The notes below the pieces were generated by a model. The model searched no databases and was not told where the DNA came from. It worked only from the letters and a program-made list of their open reading frames with translations. The position numbers and the translations under genes were made by a program. Positions 8,338 through 18,059 of a stretch of DNA of 32,000 nucleotides are shown in pieces. Source of the stretch: Halalkalibacterium halodurans (GTDB lineage: Bacteria > Bacillota > Bacilli > Bacillales > Bacillaceae_D). Numbering within the stretch: the stretch's first letter is position 1; every line of letters starts with the position of its first letter. The stretch is from assembly GCF_004376175.1 (NCBI RefSeq), contig NZ_SNUY01000001.1, forward strand, positions 30,001-62,000. Direction: 5' to 3'.

Positions 8338-10113
8338 TTACTTAGTTTGAAGTTTGTTGTATAACGTCTCTGCTACTGACTTTGGAATGCTAAGGGCTAA
8401 AAAGTCGTCGATACTAGCTTCCTTCATTTTTTTCACTGACCCGAAATGTTTAAGAAGTTGGCGTTTCCGCTTTTCTCCGATCCCAGGGACATCGTCAAGC
8501 ACCGATTGGAAAAACGTTTTCGACCGTGTTTGCCTATGGAACGTGAGGGCAAATCGATGAACTTCGTCCTGAATTCGTTGCAACAAGTAGAATTCGTGAC
8601 TATCCCGCTTCAGTGAAACGACTTGCGGCGGATCACCTAGTAGCAACTGGGATGTGCGATGCTTTTCATCTTTTGCAAGCCCACAGACTGGAATGCTCAG
8701 GCCTAACTCATCGTGCAAAATTTCTTGTGCTGCAGCAATTTGCCCTTTGCCCCCATCAATAACAATTAAGTCAGGCAGCGGTCGTTGCTCCTTTAATAGA
8801 CGAACGTAACGGCGTCGCACCACTTCCCGCATCGATTCATAATCGTCAGGCCCTGTTACCGTCTTGATTTTATACTTGCGGTATTCTTTCTTATTCGGTT
8901 TTCCGTCAATAAAAGCCACCATCGCAGAAACCGGGTCCGTTCCTTGAATATTTGAGTTATCAAACGCTTCGATTCTGTACGGCGTCGGAATGCCCATCGC
9001 CTCGCCGAGCTGTTCGACTGCTTTGATCGTCCGCTCTTCATTTCGCTCGATTAAGGCAAATTTTTCTTTCAAGGCCATCGTCGCGTTTCGCATCGCCACA
9101 TCGACAAGTTCTTTTTTCTTTCCCCTCTTCGGAATGTGAACCGATACATCTAATAGTTGTTCTACGAGGGCTGCATCCGTCCCAGCAGGTAAAAGCACTT
9201 CCCCTGGCTTAATATGATCCTTTTGCAAATAAAACTGCCCAATGAAGGTGAGAAAGTCTTCCTCTGCTTCCTTATAAAACGGAAAGATCGATACGTCCCG
9301 TTCAATCAGCTTCCCTTGTCTAACGAAAAAGACTTGTACACACATCCAGCCTTTATCGTATGCGTAGCCAAACACATCACGGTCCACACGATCATTCACC
9401 ATCATCGTTTGTTTTTCCATAACGGCTTCCATATAGCCTAGCGTGTCACGCAATTCCTTTGCCCGTTCAAAGTTCAACTCTTCGGCAGCCTTGTGCATTT
9501 TTTTCTCGAGCTCTACTTTCACTTCCTTGTGACCATACTTGAGAAAACGAGTAATTTCTTGTACCATTTGTTCATTTTGCTCAGGTGTGACTTCATATAC
9601 ACAAGGAGCTAGGCACTGACCAATGTGGTAATACAAACAAACTTTATCTGGCAATGTCCGGCATTTGCGCAGCGGGTACAATCGATCGAGCAATTTTTTC
9701 GTCTCATTCGCTGCCCCCGCATTCGGATATGGACCGAAATACTTCCCACCATCTTTTTTCAGTTTTCTTGTCGTGACTAGGCGCGGATGCTCCTCATTCG
9801 TCAATTTTAAATAAGGGTACGATTTATCGTCTTTTAACATGACGTTATATTTCGGGTCATGTTTTTTAATCAAGTTCATCTCCAAAATTAACGCCTCGAT
9901 GTTCGACGATGTGACGATGTATTCAAAGTCGGCAATTTCTCCGACGAGGCGTTGGGTTTTCGCATCATGACTTCCAGTAAAGTAAGAACGAACGCGATTT
10001 TTTAGCACCTTCGCCTTTCCGACATAGATGATCGTGCCTTGACGATCCTTCATTAAATAACAGCCTGGCTGATCTGGCAAGACGGTGAGTTTTTGTTTAA
10101 TATGATCTTTCAT
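8338..10113 (-). CDS. uvrC: Excinuclease ABC subunit C
   Basis: The 591-aa product has an N-terminal GIY-YIG block ([30 protein letters not shown]) and a C-terminal HhH region ([18 protein letters not shown]). Confidence 0.95.
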   Translation of the reverse strand: MKDHIKQKLTVLPDQPGCYLMKDRQGTIIYVGKAKVLKNRVRSYFTGSHDAKTQRLVGEIADFEYIVTSSNIEALILEMNLIKKHDPKYNVMLKDDKSYPYLKLTNEEHPRLVTTRKLKKDGGKYFGPYPNAGAANETKKLLDRLYPLRKCRTLPDKVCLYYHIGQCLAPCVYEVTPEQNEQMVQEITRFLKYGHKEVKVELEKKMHKAAEELNFERAKELRDTLGYMEAVMEKQTMMVNDRVDRDVFGYAYDKGWMCVQVFFVRQGKLIERDVSIFPFYKEAEEDFLTFIGQFYLQKDHIKPGEVLLPAGTDAALVEQLLDVSVHIPKRGKKKELVDVAMRNATMALKEKFALIERNEERTIKAVEQLGEAMGIPTPYRIEAFDNSNIQGTDPVSAMVAFIDGKPNKKEYRKYKIKTVTGPDDYESMREVVRRRYVRLLKEQRPLPDLIVIDGGKGQIAAAQEILHDELGLSIPVCGLAKDEKHRTSQLLLGDPPQVVSLKRDSHEFYLLQRIQDEVHRFALTFHRQTRSKTFFQSVLDDVPGIGEKRKRQLLKHFGSVKKMKEASIDDFLALSIPKSVAETLYNKLQTK

Positions 10114-10193
10114 TTAAGCGCCACCTCTCCCTTTATTGTTGGGGAGAATGAGTATTTTTTCAAGTAAACAGGGTTCCCTTCCTATAGGAACAT

Positions 10194-10230
10194 GAAAAAA
10201 CATCTGTCCCTATGCTGAGAGACAGATGTT
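10194..10230 (-). terminator. trxA intrinsic terminator
   Basis: Arms AACATCTGTC (10199-10208) and GACAGATGTT (10221-10230) form the hairpin. The minus-strand T-run corresponds to the A-run at 10194-10200. Confidence 0.85.
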
Positions 10231-10236
10231 TTTGAA

Positions 10237-10551
10237 TTAAAGATGTTTGTTCAAAAGCTCAGCTAATGCGTCCTTCGGTTGGAAGCCAGTCACTTGATCC
10301 ACGACTTGACCGTCTTTGAAAACGATCAACGTTGGGATACTCATTACATTGAATTTGCTTGCTGTTTCTTGATTTTCATCTACATCCAATTTTGCAATCT
10401 TAACTTTATCGCCCATTTCCCCATCAAGTTCTTCTAGAACTGGAGCAATCATTTTACAAGGGCCGCACCACGGTGCCCAGAAGTCTGCAAGAACAAGACC
10501 TTCGCTTGTTTCTTGAGCAAACGTTTGATCAGTAACATTTACAATTGCCAT
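10237..10551 (-). CDS. trxA: Thioredoxin
   Basis: The 104-aa product carries the WCGPC active site, and a GAGGAGG RBS precedes it. Confidence 0.95.
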   Translation of the reverse strand: MAIVNVTDQTFAQETSEGLVLADFWAPWCGPCKMIAPVLEELDGEMGDKVKIAKLDVDENQETASKFNVMSIPTLIVFKDGQVVDQVTGFQPKDALAELLNKHL

Positions 10552-10595
10552 TCGATAACCTCCTCAAAGTTGTTCAACTTTCCTTCACAATTTGC

Positions 10596-10624
10596 ATTAT
10601 ACCACCGCAGAAGATCACTTGCGA
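10596..10624 (-). promoter_or_regulatory. Sigma-A-type trxA promoter (extended -10)
   Basis: The minus strand reads TCGCAA (10624-10619), a 17-nt spacer ending in TGG, then TATAAT (10601-10596). Confidence 0.5.
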
Positions 10625-10663
10625 ACAGTTTGCTTACGGCATGACGGCAAATTCTTATTTAAC

Positions 10664-10689
10664 ATATCCGTTGAACGTGTGTTTCAAAC
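10664..10689 (-). promoter_or_regulatory. Sigma-B-type trxA promoter candidate
   Basis: The minus strand reads GTTTGA (10689-10684), a 14-nt spacer, then GGATAT (10669-10664). The sigma-B consensus is GTTTAA-N12-15-GGGTAT. B. subtilis trxA is known to have both sigma-A and sigma-B promoters. Confidence 0.45.
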
Positions 10690-10760
10690 ATTTTACCGAA
10701 ATTGTTATATGTTTTCAAGAAGTTTGCACTTCAGCCAGAGCTTGAGTCTTTTTTCGGGTA

Positions 10761-10793
10761 CAAGAAGAGAGAGCTGCCGAATGACAGCTCTCC
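10761..10793 (-). terminator. Terminator after etfA (end of the fad/etf operon)
   Basis: Arms GAGAGCTG (10769-10776) and CAGCTCTC (10785-10792) form the hairpin. It is followed on the minus strand by TCTTCTTGT. Confidence 0.65.
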
Positions 10794-10799
10794 ATAGCC

Positions 10800-11777
10800 T
10801 TAGCTTGATACGAGAACATTTTTTAGCTCTTCTGTCAATAGCGGTACGACTTCAAATAGATCGCCGACAATACCGTAGTCTGCCACTTCAAAAATAGGCG
10901 CTTCAGGATCTTTGTTAATCGCTACGATTACTTTTGAGTTGGACATCCCCGCCAAGTGCTGAATCGCACCGGAAATGCCGATGGCGAAATAAAGATCAGG
11001 GGTGACGACCTTGCCTGTTTGCCCAATCTGTAGCGAGTAGTCGCAATAGTCAGCATCACACGCCCCACGGGACGCACCAACCGCTGCTCCAAGGACATCG
11101 GCAAGCTCTTGTAAAGGCTCAAAGCCTTCCTTGCTCTTGACCCCACGGCCGCCTGCAACGATTACCTTTGCTTCCGATAGATCTACCCCACCAGTCGCCT
11201 TGCGAACAACCTCACGAATCGTCGTACGTAAATCCTTAATATCGACCGTTAACGAGGAAACATCGCCTGATTTAGAGGCATCCTGCTCTAATGGAGCAAT
11301 ATTGTTAGGACGAATCGTGGCAAATATAATGCCTTCATTGACTTTCTTTTTCTCAAACGCCTTTCCTGAATAGATTGGTCGTGTAAAGACGATCTCGTCC
11401 CCGTCTTTTTCTACTGATATTACATCTGAAATTAAGCCAGCGCCTAGCTTCATCGCGACTCTTGGCGCCACATCCTTTCCGATCGACGTATGCCCCAAAA
11501 TCAATGCTTCTGGCGATTCCACGTCCAGCACTTGTAAAATTGCTTGTTGGTAAGCATCTGTCGTATATTGGGCGAGATTAGGATGGTTCACAGCAACGAC
11601 TCGATCGGCTCCATAGTGGATTAACTGATTTGCGAGATCGCTTATATTTTCACCTAAAAGGACACCAACTACTTCACCGCCATTTGCGACTTCTTTTCCT
11701 GCAGCCACCGCTTCAAAAGAGACGTTCCTTAATTCCCCGTCACGCACTTCTCCAATTACGAGTACTTTTCTAGCCAT
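10800..11777 (-). CDS. etfA: Electron transfer flavoprotein alpha subunit
   Basis: The 325-aa product has the C-terminal FAD-binding block PDLYFAIGISGAIQHLAGM and follows etfB. Confidence 0.92.
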   Translation of the reverse strand: MARKVLVIGEVRDGELRNVSFEAVAAGKEVANGGEVVGVLLGENISDLANQLIHYGADRVVAVNHPNLAQYTTDAYQQAILQVLDVESPEALILGHTSIGKDVAPRVAMKLGAGLISDVISVEKDGDEIVFTRPIYSGKAFEKKKVNEGIIFATIRPNNIAPLEQDASKSGDVSSLTVDIKDLRTTIREVVRKATGGVDLSEAKVIVAGGRGVKSKEGFEPLQELADVLGAAVGASRGACDADYCDYSLQIGQTGKVVTPDLYFAIGISGAIQHLAGMSNSKVIVAINKDPEAPIFEVADYGIVGDLFEVVPLLTEELKNVLVSS

Positions 11778-11791
11778 ATGATCCCCTCCAG

Positions 11792-12562
11792 TTAAATCAC
11801 TTTCGCTTCAGATTTAAGCAATGAAACCAATTCTTTGACCTGTGCTTCGACTTCCCCTTCTAACACCTTTCCTGCTCCTTTTTCCGGCGGAAGAAATACA
11901 TCAAGCGTCGTCGTTTTTGCTTCCACATCTTCTTCTTCGAGGTCAAGGTCGTCAAGATCTAATGTTTCAAGTGGTTTCTTCTTTGCTTTCATGATGCCTG
12001 GTAGCGATGGATAGCGCGGCTCGTTCAGCCCTTGCTGAGCTGTTACAAGCAATGGCAATGACGCTGCAACGGTTTCTTCGTCCCCTTCTACATCACGAAC
12101 GATTGTCGCCTTCCCATCTTCAATGTCCAAGCTCGTAATCGTCGTTACTTGTGGAATGCCTAACAGCTCCGCGACACGAGGAGCCACTTGTCCTGATCCT
12201 CCATCAACCGCTACGTTTCCACCGAGAATAATATCAAACTCTTGATCTTTTAAATATGCTGCTAGCAAAGTAGCTGTAGTATATTGATCCAGTTCATCTA
12301 ATTCTTCACTATCAATAAGGACCGCCTTATCTGCCCCCATCGCAAGGGCTGTACGCAATTCTTTTTCTGCTTCTTCTTCTCCTACCGTTACGACTGTCAC
12401 TTCTCCACCATGCTTGTCACGAAGAACAATTGCTTCCTCAATCGCATATTCGTCATAAGGATTAATAATGAACTCTGCACCGCTATCATCGATTTGCCCA
12501 CTGCTAATCGAAATCTTTTCTTCTGTGTCAAAAGTACGCTTCATTAATACGTAAATGTTCAT
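11792..12562 (-). CDS. etfB: Electron transfer flavoprotein beta subunit
   Basis: The 256-aa product begins with the typical MNIYVLMKRTFDTEEKI...INPYDEYAIEEA EtfB N-terminus. Confidence 0.92.
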   Translation of the reverse strand: MNIYVLMKRTFDTEEKISISSGQIDDSGAEFIINPYDEYAIEEAIVLRDKHGGEVTVVTVGEEEAEKELRTALAMGADKAVLIDSEELDELDQYTTATLLAAYLKDQEFDIILGGNVAVDGGSGQVAPRVAELLGIPQVTTITSLDIEDGKATIVRDVEGDEETVAASLPLLVTAQQGLNEPRYPSLPGIMKAKKKPLETLDLDDLDLEEEDVEAKTTTLDVFLPPEKGAGKVLEGEVEAQVKELVSLLKSEAKVI

Positions 12563-12583
12563 GTATGAGTCCCTCCCTAGTAA

Positions 12584-13360
12584 TTATTGATCGTTAAAGT
12601 TCGGCTTGCGCTTTTCTAAAAAGGCTTGAATGCCTTCCTTTCCATCCGCAGAGTCGAAAGCTTTACCAAAAAGCTCCGCTTCTCGTTCAGACCCTTCTAC
12701 GAACTTGTCGTCGCAAGCGTATTGAACGAGTTCAAGCACCATCGCTGTCGTAATTCGACTTTTTGCTGCGATTTTTTTCGCCAATGCTTTTGCATCATCG
12801 ATGAGCGTTTGCTCAGAATGTAGGGAATTAATAAGACCTAAAGTTTTTGCTTCAGATCCAGTGATCGGTTCGCTCGTCAACATCATTTCCAACGCTTTTG
12901 CTCGGCCAACGAGACGTGGCAAGCGTTGACTTCCAGCAAAACCTGGGATTAATCCGAGCTGCAACTCTGGTAAGCCGAGCTTCGTATCTTCCGTGGCTAG
13001 CCGAATGTGACACGCCATTGCTAGCTCAAGCCCTCCGCCAAGGGCGGCCCCATGAATTGCCGCAATAATCGGTTTTGAGAACGCTTCCATTCGATCAAAA
13101 AGACGTTGGCCCTGCTTTGCTAGTTCTGCAAATTCTGAGCCATCCTTCACCTGCAAAAATTCCTTTATGTCTGCACCTGCTGCAAAAAATCGTCCTTCCC
13201 CGTGGAGGAGAATAACACGTACGTGATCGTCTTTTTCCACCTGCGTGAGAATCTGATCAAGCTGTTCCAATACCCTTCGAGATAGGGCATTGGCCGGCGG
13301 TCGGGCAATCGTAATCGTCGCAACACCGCCTTCGTCAATGGCAAGCTTCAAAGGTTCCAC
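12584..13360 (-). CDS. fadB: Enoyl-CoA hydratase (crotonase family)
   Basis: The crotonase block FFAAGADIKEF...AAIHGAALGGGLELAMACH is present. I moved the start from ATG at 13396 to GTG at 13360 (VEPLKL...), which is preceded by AAGGGAG at 7 nt. This removes the overlap with fadR and gives 258 aa, which I recall as the length of B. subtilis FadB. Confidence 0.85.
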   Translation of the reverse strand: MEPLKLAIDEGGVATITIARPPANALSRRVLEQLDQILTQVEKDDHVRVILLHGEGRFFAAGADIKEFLQVKDGSEFAELAKQGQRLFDRMEAFSKPIIAAIHGAALGGGLELAMACHIRLATEDTKLGLPELQLGLIPGFAGSQRLPRLVGRAKALEMMLTSEPITGSEAKTLGLINSLHSEQTLIDDAKALAKKIAAKSRITTAMVLELVQYACDDKFVEGSEREAELFGKAFDSADGKEGIQAFLEKRKPNFNDQ

Positions 13361-13376
13361 ATCTATCACTCCCTTT

Positions 13377-13970
13377 TCAACGATGGCGCAACCCACTTAA
13401 CAAAAGTTGATGAACAGGTTTCACTAATGCGGTTAAATCATATTTGCAATCTTTCATCACCCAGTTTGTGACGACTTCGTCAAGTGTGCCAAAGATCATT
13501 TGGCGGGCAAGACGAGTGTCTAACTCTTGGAAAAAGTAGCCCTTCTCTTTTCCTTCCATTAATAGCTCATCGAGAAGGTTTAAGTAACCCTTTAGAACTT
13601 CATTTATTTTTAAACGAAGCTCTGTATTTGATTGACGGAGCTCCAATTGGGTGACAATGGCTAATTTATGATCAGCGGCAAGCTGTTTAAAGTGCATGTT
13701 TACAAGGATTTTTAACTTTTCTTCTACATCTGTGGCTTCGTTCATTTGCGAACGAATTTTATCAACGAACCTTCCCATTTTTTCTTGAAACAATGAAATG
13801 AGAACATCTTCTTTATTGTTGAAATAAAGGTAAATCGTGCCATCAGCTACTCCGGCTACTTTTGCGATTTTTGATACTTGTGCTTGATGGTAGCCATGCT
13901 CGGCAATGACTTGTACTGCCGCATCGATTATTTGGTCATATTTTGGTCCTTTTTTCTTTCCCACAGTCAT
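13377..13970 (-). CDS. fadR: TetR-family fatty-acid degradation repressor FadR (YsiA)
   Basis: The HTH region IIDAAVQVIAEHGYHQAQVSKIAKVAGVADGTIYLYF and the block LAIVTQLELRQSN closely resemble B. subtilis FadR as I recall it. Confidence 0.88.
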   Translation of the reverse strand: MTVGKKKGPKYDQIIDAAVQVIAEHGYHQAQVSKIAKVAGVADGTIYLYFNNKEDVLISLFQEKMGRFVDKIRSQMNEATDVEEKLKILVNMHFKQLAADHKLAIVTQLELRQSNTELRLKINEVLKGYLNLLDELLMEGKEKGYFFQELDTRLARQMIFGTLDEVVTNWVMKDCKYDLTALVKPVHQLLLSGLRHR

Positions 13971-13981
13971 CTTCCTTTCAG

Positions 13982-13999
13982 AATGAATGAGTATTCATT
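13982..13999. promoter_or_regulatory. FadR-type operator (inverted repeat AATGAAT-N4-ATTCATT)
   Basis: AATGAAT GAGT ATTCATT is a perfect 7-bp inverted repeat in the lcfA-fadR intergenic gap. It resembles the B. subtilis FadR (YsiA) box. Confidence 0.65.
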
Positions 14000-14048
14000 C
14001 ATGATTCTTATTTTAATCGATGACCTGGAATCTGTCAACGCCCCTTCT

Positions 14049-15743
14049 TTAACTTGATTGTTTTATCCCTTGTTTTTTCGTTTCCTCTTCAATAAGGACT
14101 CGTTTTAATACTTTTCCGACCATCGTTTTTGGTAGATCATCTCGAAACTCATATTTCCGCGGGACTTTATATGCGGCAAGATGGGTTCTGCAATAGTCGT
14201 TTAATTCTTTTTCTGAGACGCTTTCTCCTTCTTTGACGACAATAAATGCTTTAACAGTCTCCCCCCGATATTCATCTGGAACGCCTATGACTACCGCTTC
14301 TTGCACTTTGGCGTGAGCGTACAGAACCTCCTCTACTTCCCGTGGATAAATGTTAAAGCCGCCGGCAATAATCATATCTTTTTTCCGGTCAACAATATAA
14401 AAATACCCTTCTTCATCTTTATATCCCATATCGCCTGTATAAAGCCAGCCGTTTTGCAAGGTTGCGTTCGTTTCTTCTGGTCGATTCCAATATCCTTTCA
14501 TTACCTGCGGGCCCCTAACGACAACCTCACCGATTTCACCTGATGGTAAGCTTTCGCCGGTTTCTAATGAGCGAATGTGCACGTCTGTATCCGGCCATGG
14601 GACACCAATGCTTTGGTCCTTTCGCTCTCCCCATACGAGATTGCAGTTGGTTACTGGCGATGCTTCCGTTAAGCCGTATCCTTCCACAAGGCGACCTCCT
14701 GTAAGCTGTTCGAACGTTTGTTGAACCTCTGCTGGGAGAGAAGAAGACCCACTGATACAGGCCTCAATGGAGGAAAGATCGTATTTCTTCAGGTCTGGGT
14801 GGTTAATGAGCGCGATATACATCGTTGGCGCTCCTGGGAACATCGTAATCTTCTTTTTATCAATCATTTTTAACACTTGTAATGGGTCAAATCGAGGAAC
14901 AATATGAAGCTCTGATCCTGTCATCAATGTCAAGTTCATCGACGTTGTCATGCCATACACATGGAAGAATGGCAATACAGCTAACGTTCGCTCTTCCCCA
15001 TCGCGCCATTTGTACATCCATTTTCGGCACTGAATCGTATTGGCTACTAAATTGTAGTGGGTGAGCATTACACCCTTGGCAACCCCTGTCGTTCCTCCAG
15101 TATATTGTAGTAAAGCTAAATCTTCCTTCGGATCAATTGGGACAGAGGTTGGATTAGTTGAGCCTGATTGTGCCATTGGAACGAAACGATGAACATGGCT
15201 ACCATAGCCAATTTTTCCTTTTGGCTTCGGCTTTTGGATAAACGGATAAATCATATTTTTCGGAAATGGCAAATAATCCTTGATAGCGGTTACAATTATG
15301 TGCTCAAGTGGTGCTCCCTCTCTCGACTTTATGACCCGTGGATAAAGGACATCTAAACAAACGATAAAACGGGCACCAGAATCGATCAGCTGATGATTCA
15401 ACTCCCGTTCCACATAGAGCGGATTCGTTTGCACAACAACCCCACCGGCTACCAATACTCCATAGTAGGCGATCACAGCTTGCGGGCAATTCGGCAACAT
15501 AATGGAGACACGCTCGCCCTTTTGTAATCCTAGTTGTTGCAAATTAGCGGCAAAACGTTGGACCTGCTCATAAAACAACTGATACGTCATCGTTTTTCCT
15601 AAAAAATGTAGCGCTACGTGATGAGGGTATGTTGTCGCTGCCTCCTTTATTAAATCATGCAGCGTCTGATTCGGATAGTCGATCGTATGGGGAACTTCCT
15701 TCGGGTACGCGTTAAACCATTCTCGGTTCTCTACATCAACCAA
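14049..15743 (-). CDS. lcfA: Long-chain-fatty-acid--CoA ligase (copy proximal to fadR)
   Basis: The AMP-binding motif LQYTGGTTGVAKGVMLTH and the block GWLYTGDMGYKDEEGYFYIVDRKKD are present. The start is TTG at 15743, preceded by AAGGAGGAATCGGC. Confidence 0.9.
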   Translation of the reverse strand: MVDVENREWFNAYPKEVPHTIDYPNQTLHDLIKEAATTYPHHVALHFLGKTMTYQLFYEQVQRFAANLQQLGLQKGERVSIMLPNCPQAVIAYYGVLVAGGVVVQTNPLYVERELNHQLIDSGARFIVCLDVLYPRVIKSREGAPLEHIIVTAIKDYLPFPKNMIYPFIQKPKPKGKIGYGSHVHRFVPMAQSGSTNPTSVPIDPKEDLALLQYTGGTTGVAKGVMLTHYNLVANTIQCRKWMYKWRDGEERTLAVLPFFHVYGMTTSMNLTLMTGSELHIVPRFDPLQVLKMIDKKKITMFPGAPTMYIALINHPDLKKYDLSSIEACISGSSSLPAEVQQTFEQLTGGRLVEGYGLTEASPVTNCNLVWGERKDQSIGVPWPDTDVHIRSLETGESLPSGEIGEVVVRGPQVMKGYWNRPEETNATLQNGWLYTGDMGYKDEEGYFYIVDRKKDMIIAGGFNIYPREVEEVLYAHAKVQEAVVIGVPDEYRGETVKAFIVVKEGESVSEKELNDYCRTHLAAYKVPRKYEFRDDLPKTMVGKVLKRVLIEEETKKQGIKQSS

Positions 15744-15800
15744 GCCGATTCCTCCTTATCCAACCCCTCTCTTTCTAGCATTCCTCTCTTTCTCCATTCT

Positions 15801-15818
15801 AATGAATAATGATTCATT
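15801..15818. promoter_or_regulatory. FadR-type operator upstream of the proximal lcfA copy
   Basis: AATGAAT AATG ATTCATT has half-sites identical to the 13982-13999 site. It lies 58 nt upstream of the lcfA TTG start. Confidence 0.65.
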
Positions 15819-15860
15819 TTTAAATAGTTTTACTGAAATTTTTTTATTTTCATATAGAAA

Positions 15861-15890
15861 AAGAAAGATGCTGCACTCCGCACCTTTCTT
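15861..15890. terminator. Terminator separating the two acyl-CoA ligase genes
   Basis: AAGAAAGATGC / GCACCTTTCTT pairs as 10 bp with one mismatch and an 8-nt loop. T-rich tracts flank it on both strands. Confidence 0.6.
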
Positions 15891-16014
15891 TTTCAGTTTC
15901 ATTTATCTGTTTAACCGCTACAAAACTTTAGGGATTTGAGTAATCAGTAAGGCTATGCTTAGAGAAGCTGGATGCAGACCGAAACTCCCAAAGCCCACTG
16001 GCTGAAAGGTCACT

Positions 16015-17715
16015 TTATTCGTTGCTCACCTTTTGTTGCTCTGCCTTTTTCTTTTCCTCTTCGACTAAGACGCGACGTAATATTTTCCCGACGAAGGTTT
16101 TTGGTAGCTCTTCACGAAACTCATAAAGTCGTGGCACTTTGTATGCCGCTAAATGTTTCCGACAAAATGCATCTAATTCTTCTTCTGAGACCGATCTCCC
16201 TTCTTTTAAGACGATAAATGCTTTCACCGTCTCTCCGCGATAAGCATCTGGTGCACCGATCACAACCGCTTCTTTAATGGCATCATGCTCATATAAAATT
16301 TCTTCAATTTCCCTAGGGTAAATGTTGAAGCCGCCAGCAATGATCATATCTTTTTTCCGATCGACAATGTAAAAGTAACCATCTTCGTCCATATACCCCA
16401 TATCGCCTGTTAAAAACCAGTCATCTTTAAACACTTGGGCCGTCTCTTCTGGTCTGTTCCAATAGCCTTTCATTACTTGTGGACCACGAACGGCAAGCTC
16501 GCCTACTTCGTTGACATCTGCAGGCTCACCCGTTTCCGCAGAAATGATCATAACATCTGTATCTGGCCACGGGATGCCGATGCTTCGTTGCTTTCGTTTC
16601 CCCCAAATCGGTGTCGCAATCGCTACAGGGGACGTTTCCGTCAGCCCATACCCTTCTACTAGCTTCCCTCCAGTCAACTGTTCAAATTTTTGCTGCACTT
16701 CAAGTGGAAGCGGGGCAGCGCCACTAATACAAGCTTCAATAGATGTTAAATTATAGTCCTGTATGGATGGATCGTTAATTAATCCTACATACATCGTCGG
16801 TGCCCCTGGAAATAAAGTGACTTTATGCTTTTCAATTGCTTTGAGAACGTCCTTCGGGTTAAATTTCGGTAAAATCACCATTTTATACGCATTCATGATC
16901 GCTAAGTTCATACCAGCGGACATCCCATACACATGGAAAAACGGCAGGACGCAGAGTATGACTTCTTCTGCACGCTTCGATTTATACATCCAATGGAGCC
17001 CTTGAATCGTGTTGGCGACTAAATTGGCATGGGTTAGCATAACCCCTTTCGCTGGTCCTGTGGTTCCTCCCGTATATTGGAGCAGGGCCAAATCATCTGT
17101 TGGTGAGACATCCTCAGATGGCTCCGTCGTCACTCCTCCTTGGAGGAACTTTTTAAACGAAAGGGTATTTTCATTATACGTAATGTCAATTTTCATTCCT
17201 GTTTGCTTTTTTTGGACAAATGGATAAAGGACGTTTTTCGGAAATGGTAAATAATCTTTAATACTTGTGACAATGACATACTCTAATTGGGTTGCTTTTC
17301 TTACTTTTGACACTCTTGGGAACACGAGATCCAAACAGACAATGACTTTTGCTCCTGAATCAACTAATTGATGTTCCAGTTCTCGCTCAACATACAAGGG
17401 GTTTGTTTGCACAACGACGGCCCCGATCATTAACGCTCCGTAGTAACTAATAATCGATTGGGGACTGTTGGCTAGCATGATCGCCACTCGATCCCCTTTT
17501 GAGATACCTAGCGTTTTTAGCTGATTGCCAAATTGCTTTGCTTGTTCATACAGCTCACGATAGGTCATTTCCTTTCCGAGAAACTGAACGGCAATATGTG
17601 ACGGGAACTCCTCTGCTGCTTGCTTTAAATACGATTGCAACGTCCTTTCCTCATAGTCAATAGAATGGGGAACTTCCTTCGGATAACTCTTCAACCAAAC
17701 TCGATCAATTGTCAT
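16015..17715 (-). CDS. Long-chain-fatty-acid--CoA ligase, tandem paralogue
   Basis: The 566-aa product aligns along its whole length with the 14049-15743 product (for example YPKEVPH.IDY, VVVQTNPLYVEREL.HQL.DSGA, LQYTGGTTGPAKGVMLTH). By eye, about two thirds of residues are identical. Confidence 0.9.
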   Translation of the reverse strand: MTIDRVWLKSYPKEVPHSIDYEERTLQSYLKQAAEEFPSHIAVQFLGKEMTYRELYEQAKQFGNQLKTLGISKGDRVAIMLANSPQSIISYYGALMIGAVVVQTNPLYVERELEHQLVDSGAKVIVCLDLVFPRVSKVRKATQLEYVIVTSIKDYLPFPKNVLYPFVQKKQTGMKIDITYNENTLSFKKFLQGGVTTEPSEDVSPTDDLALLQYTGGTTGPAKGVMLTHANLVANTIQGLHWMYKSKRAEEVILCVLPFFHVYGMSAGMNLAIMNAYKMVILPKFNPKDVLKAIEKHKVTLFPGAPTMYVGLINDPSIQDYNLTSIEACISGAAPLPLEVQQKFEQLTGGKLVEGYGLTETSPVAIATPIWGKRKQRSIGIPWPDTDVMIISAETGEPADVNEVGELAVRGPQVMKGYWNRPEETAQVFKDDWFLTGDMGYMDEDGYFYIVDRKKDMIIAGGFNIYPREIEEILYEHDAIKEAVVIGAPDAYRGETVKAFIVLKEGRSVSEEELDAFCRKHLAAYKVPRLYEFREELPKTFVGKILRRVLVEEEKKKAEQQKVSNE

Positions 17716-17778
17716 TGTCTCCTCCTCCTTAATTCCTAATCTCCTTCCCTATGTGTCAGTCTCCTCTCCTTCTATTGT

Positions 17779-17806
17779 ATTGTAATCGCTTACAATTTTG
17801 AATCAA
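17779..17806 (-). promoter_or_regulatory. Sigma-A-type promoter of the distal acyl-CoA ligase gene
   Basis: The minus strand reads TTGATT (17806-17801), a 16-nt spacer, then TACAAT (17784-17779). Confidence 0.45.
17780..17795. promoter_or_regulatory. Catabolite-responsive element (cre, CcpA site)
   Basis: TTGTAATCGCTTACAA fits the cre consensus WTGNAANCGNWNNCW at every constrained position. It is palindromic and overlaps the predicted -10/spacer. Confidence 0.65.
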
Positions 17807-17964
17807 TTTTTTCAATTTCCATTACTTTTCGTTTCGAAGGTCCTTTTTTTAGGCGGCCTAGGACAATTGAACGTACGAAAAACCGGATCTACTATCGAAA
17901 AAATCGTTGAATCATCAAAAAGATCCTTCGAGAAGGTCATTTACCTAATACTTAAATCATGAGA

Positions 17965-17998
17965 AGAACGCTCTTTTGATCGATCAAAAGAGCGTTCT
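17965..17998. terminator. Strong perfect hairpin ending the mutS2-yshE transcription unit
   Basis: AGAACGCTCTTTTGATC|GATCAAAAGAGCGTTCT is a perfect 34-nt palindrome. The flanking T tracts are weak, so the termination role is inferred from its position. Confidence 0.6.
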
Positions 17999-18059
17999 TT
18001 CTAACTGTTATTACATAATTGGAGCTGATATGACTCTTTTTCAAAAGTAGCACCGCTCA

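Noticed and set aside
7949-8345. The N-terminal 50-codon extension of the lysC track ORF, plus small ORFs at 7882-8064, 8116-8298 and 8127-8345
   Set aside because: The region is the L-box riboswitch with its terminator and promoter. The true lysC start at 7948 matches the aspartokinase N-terminus.
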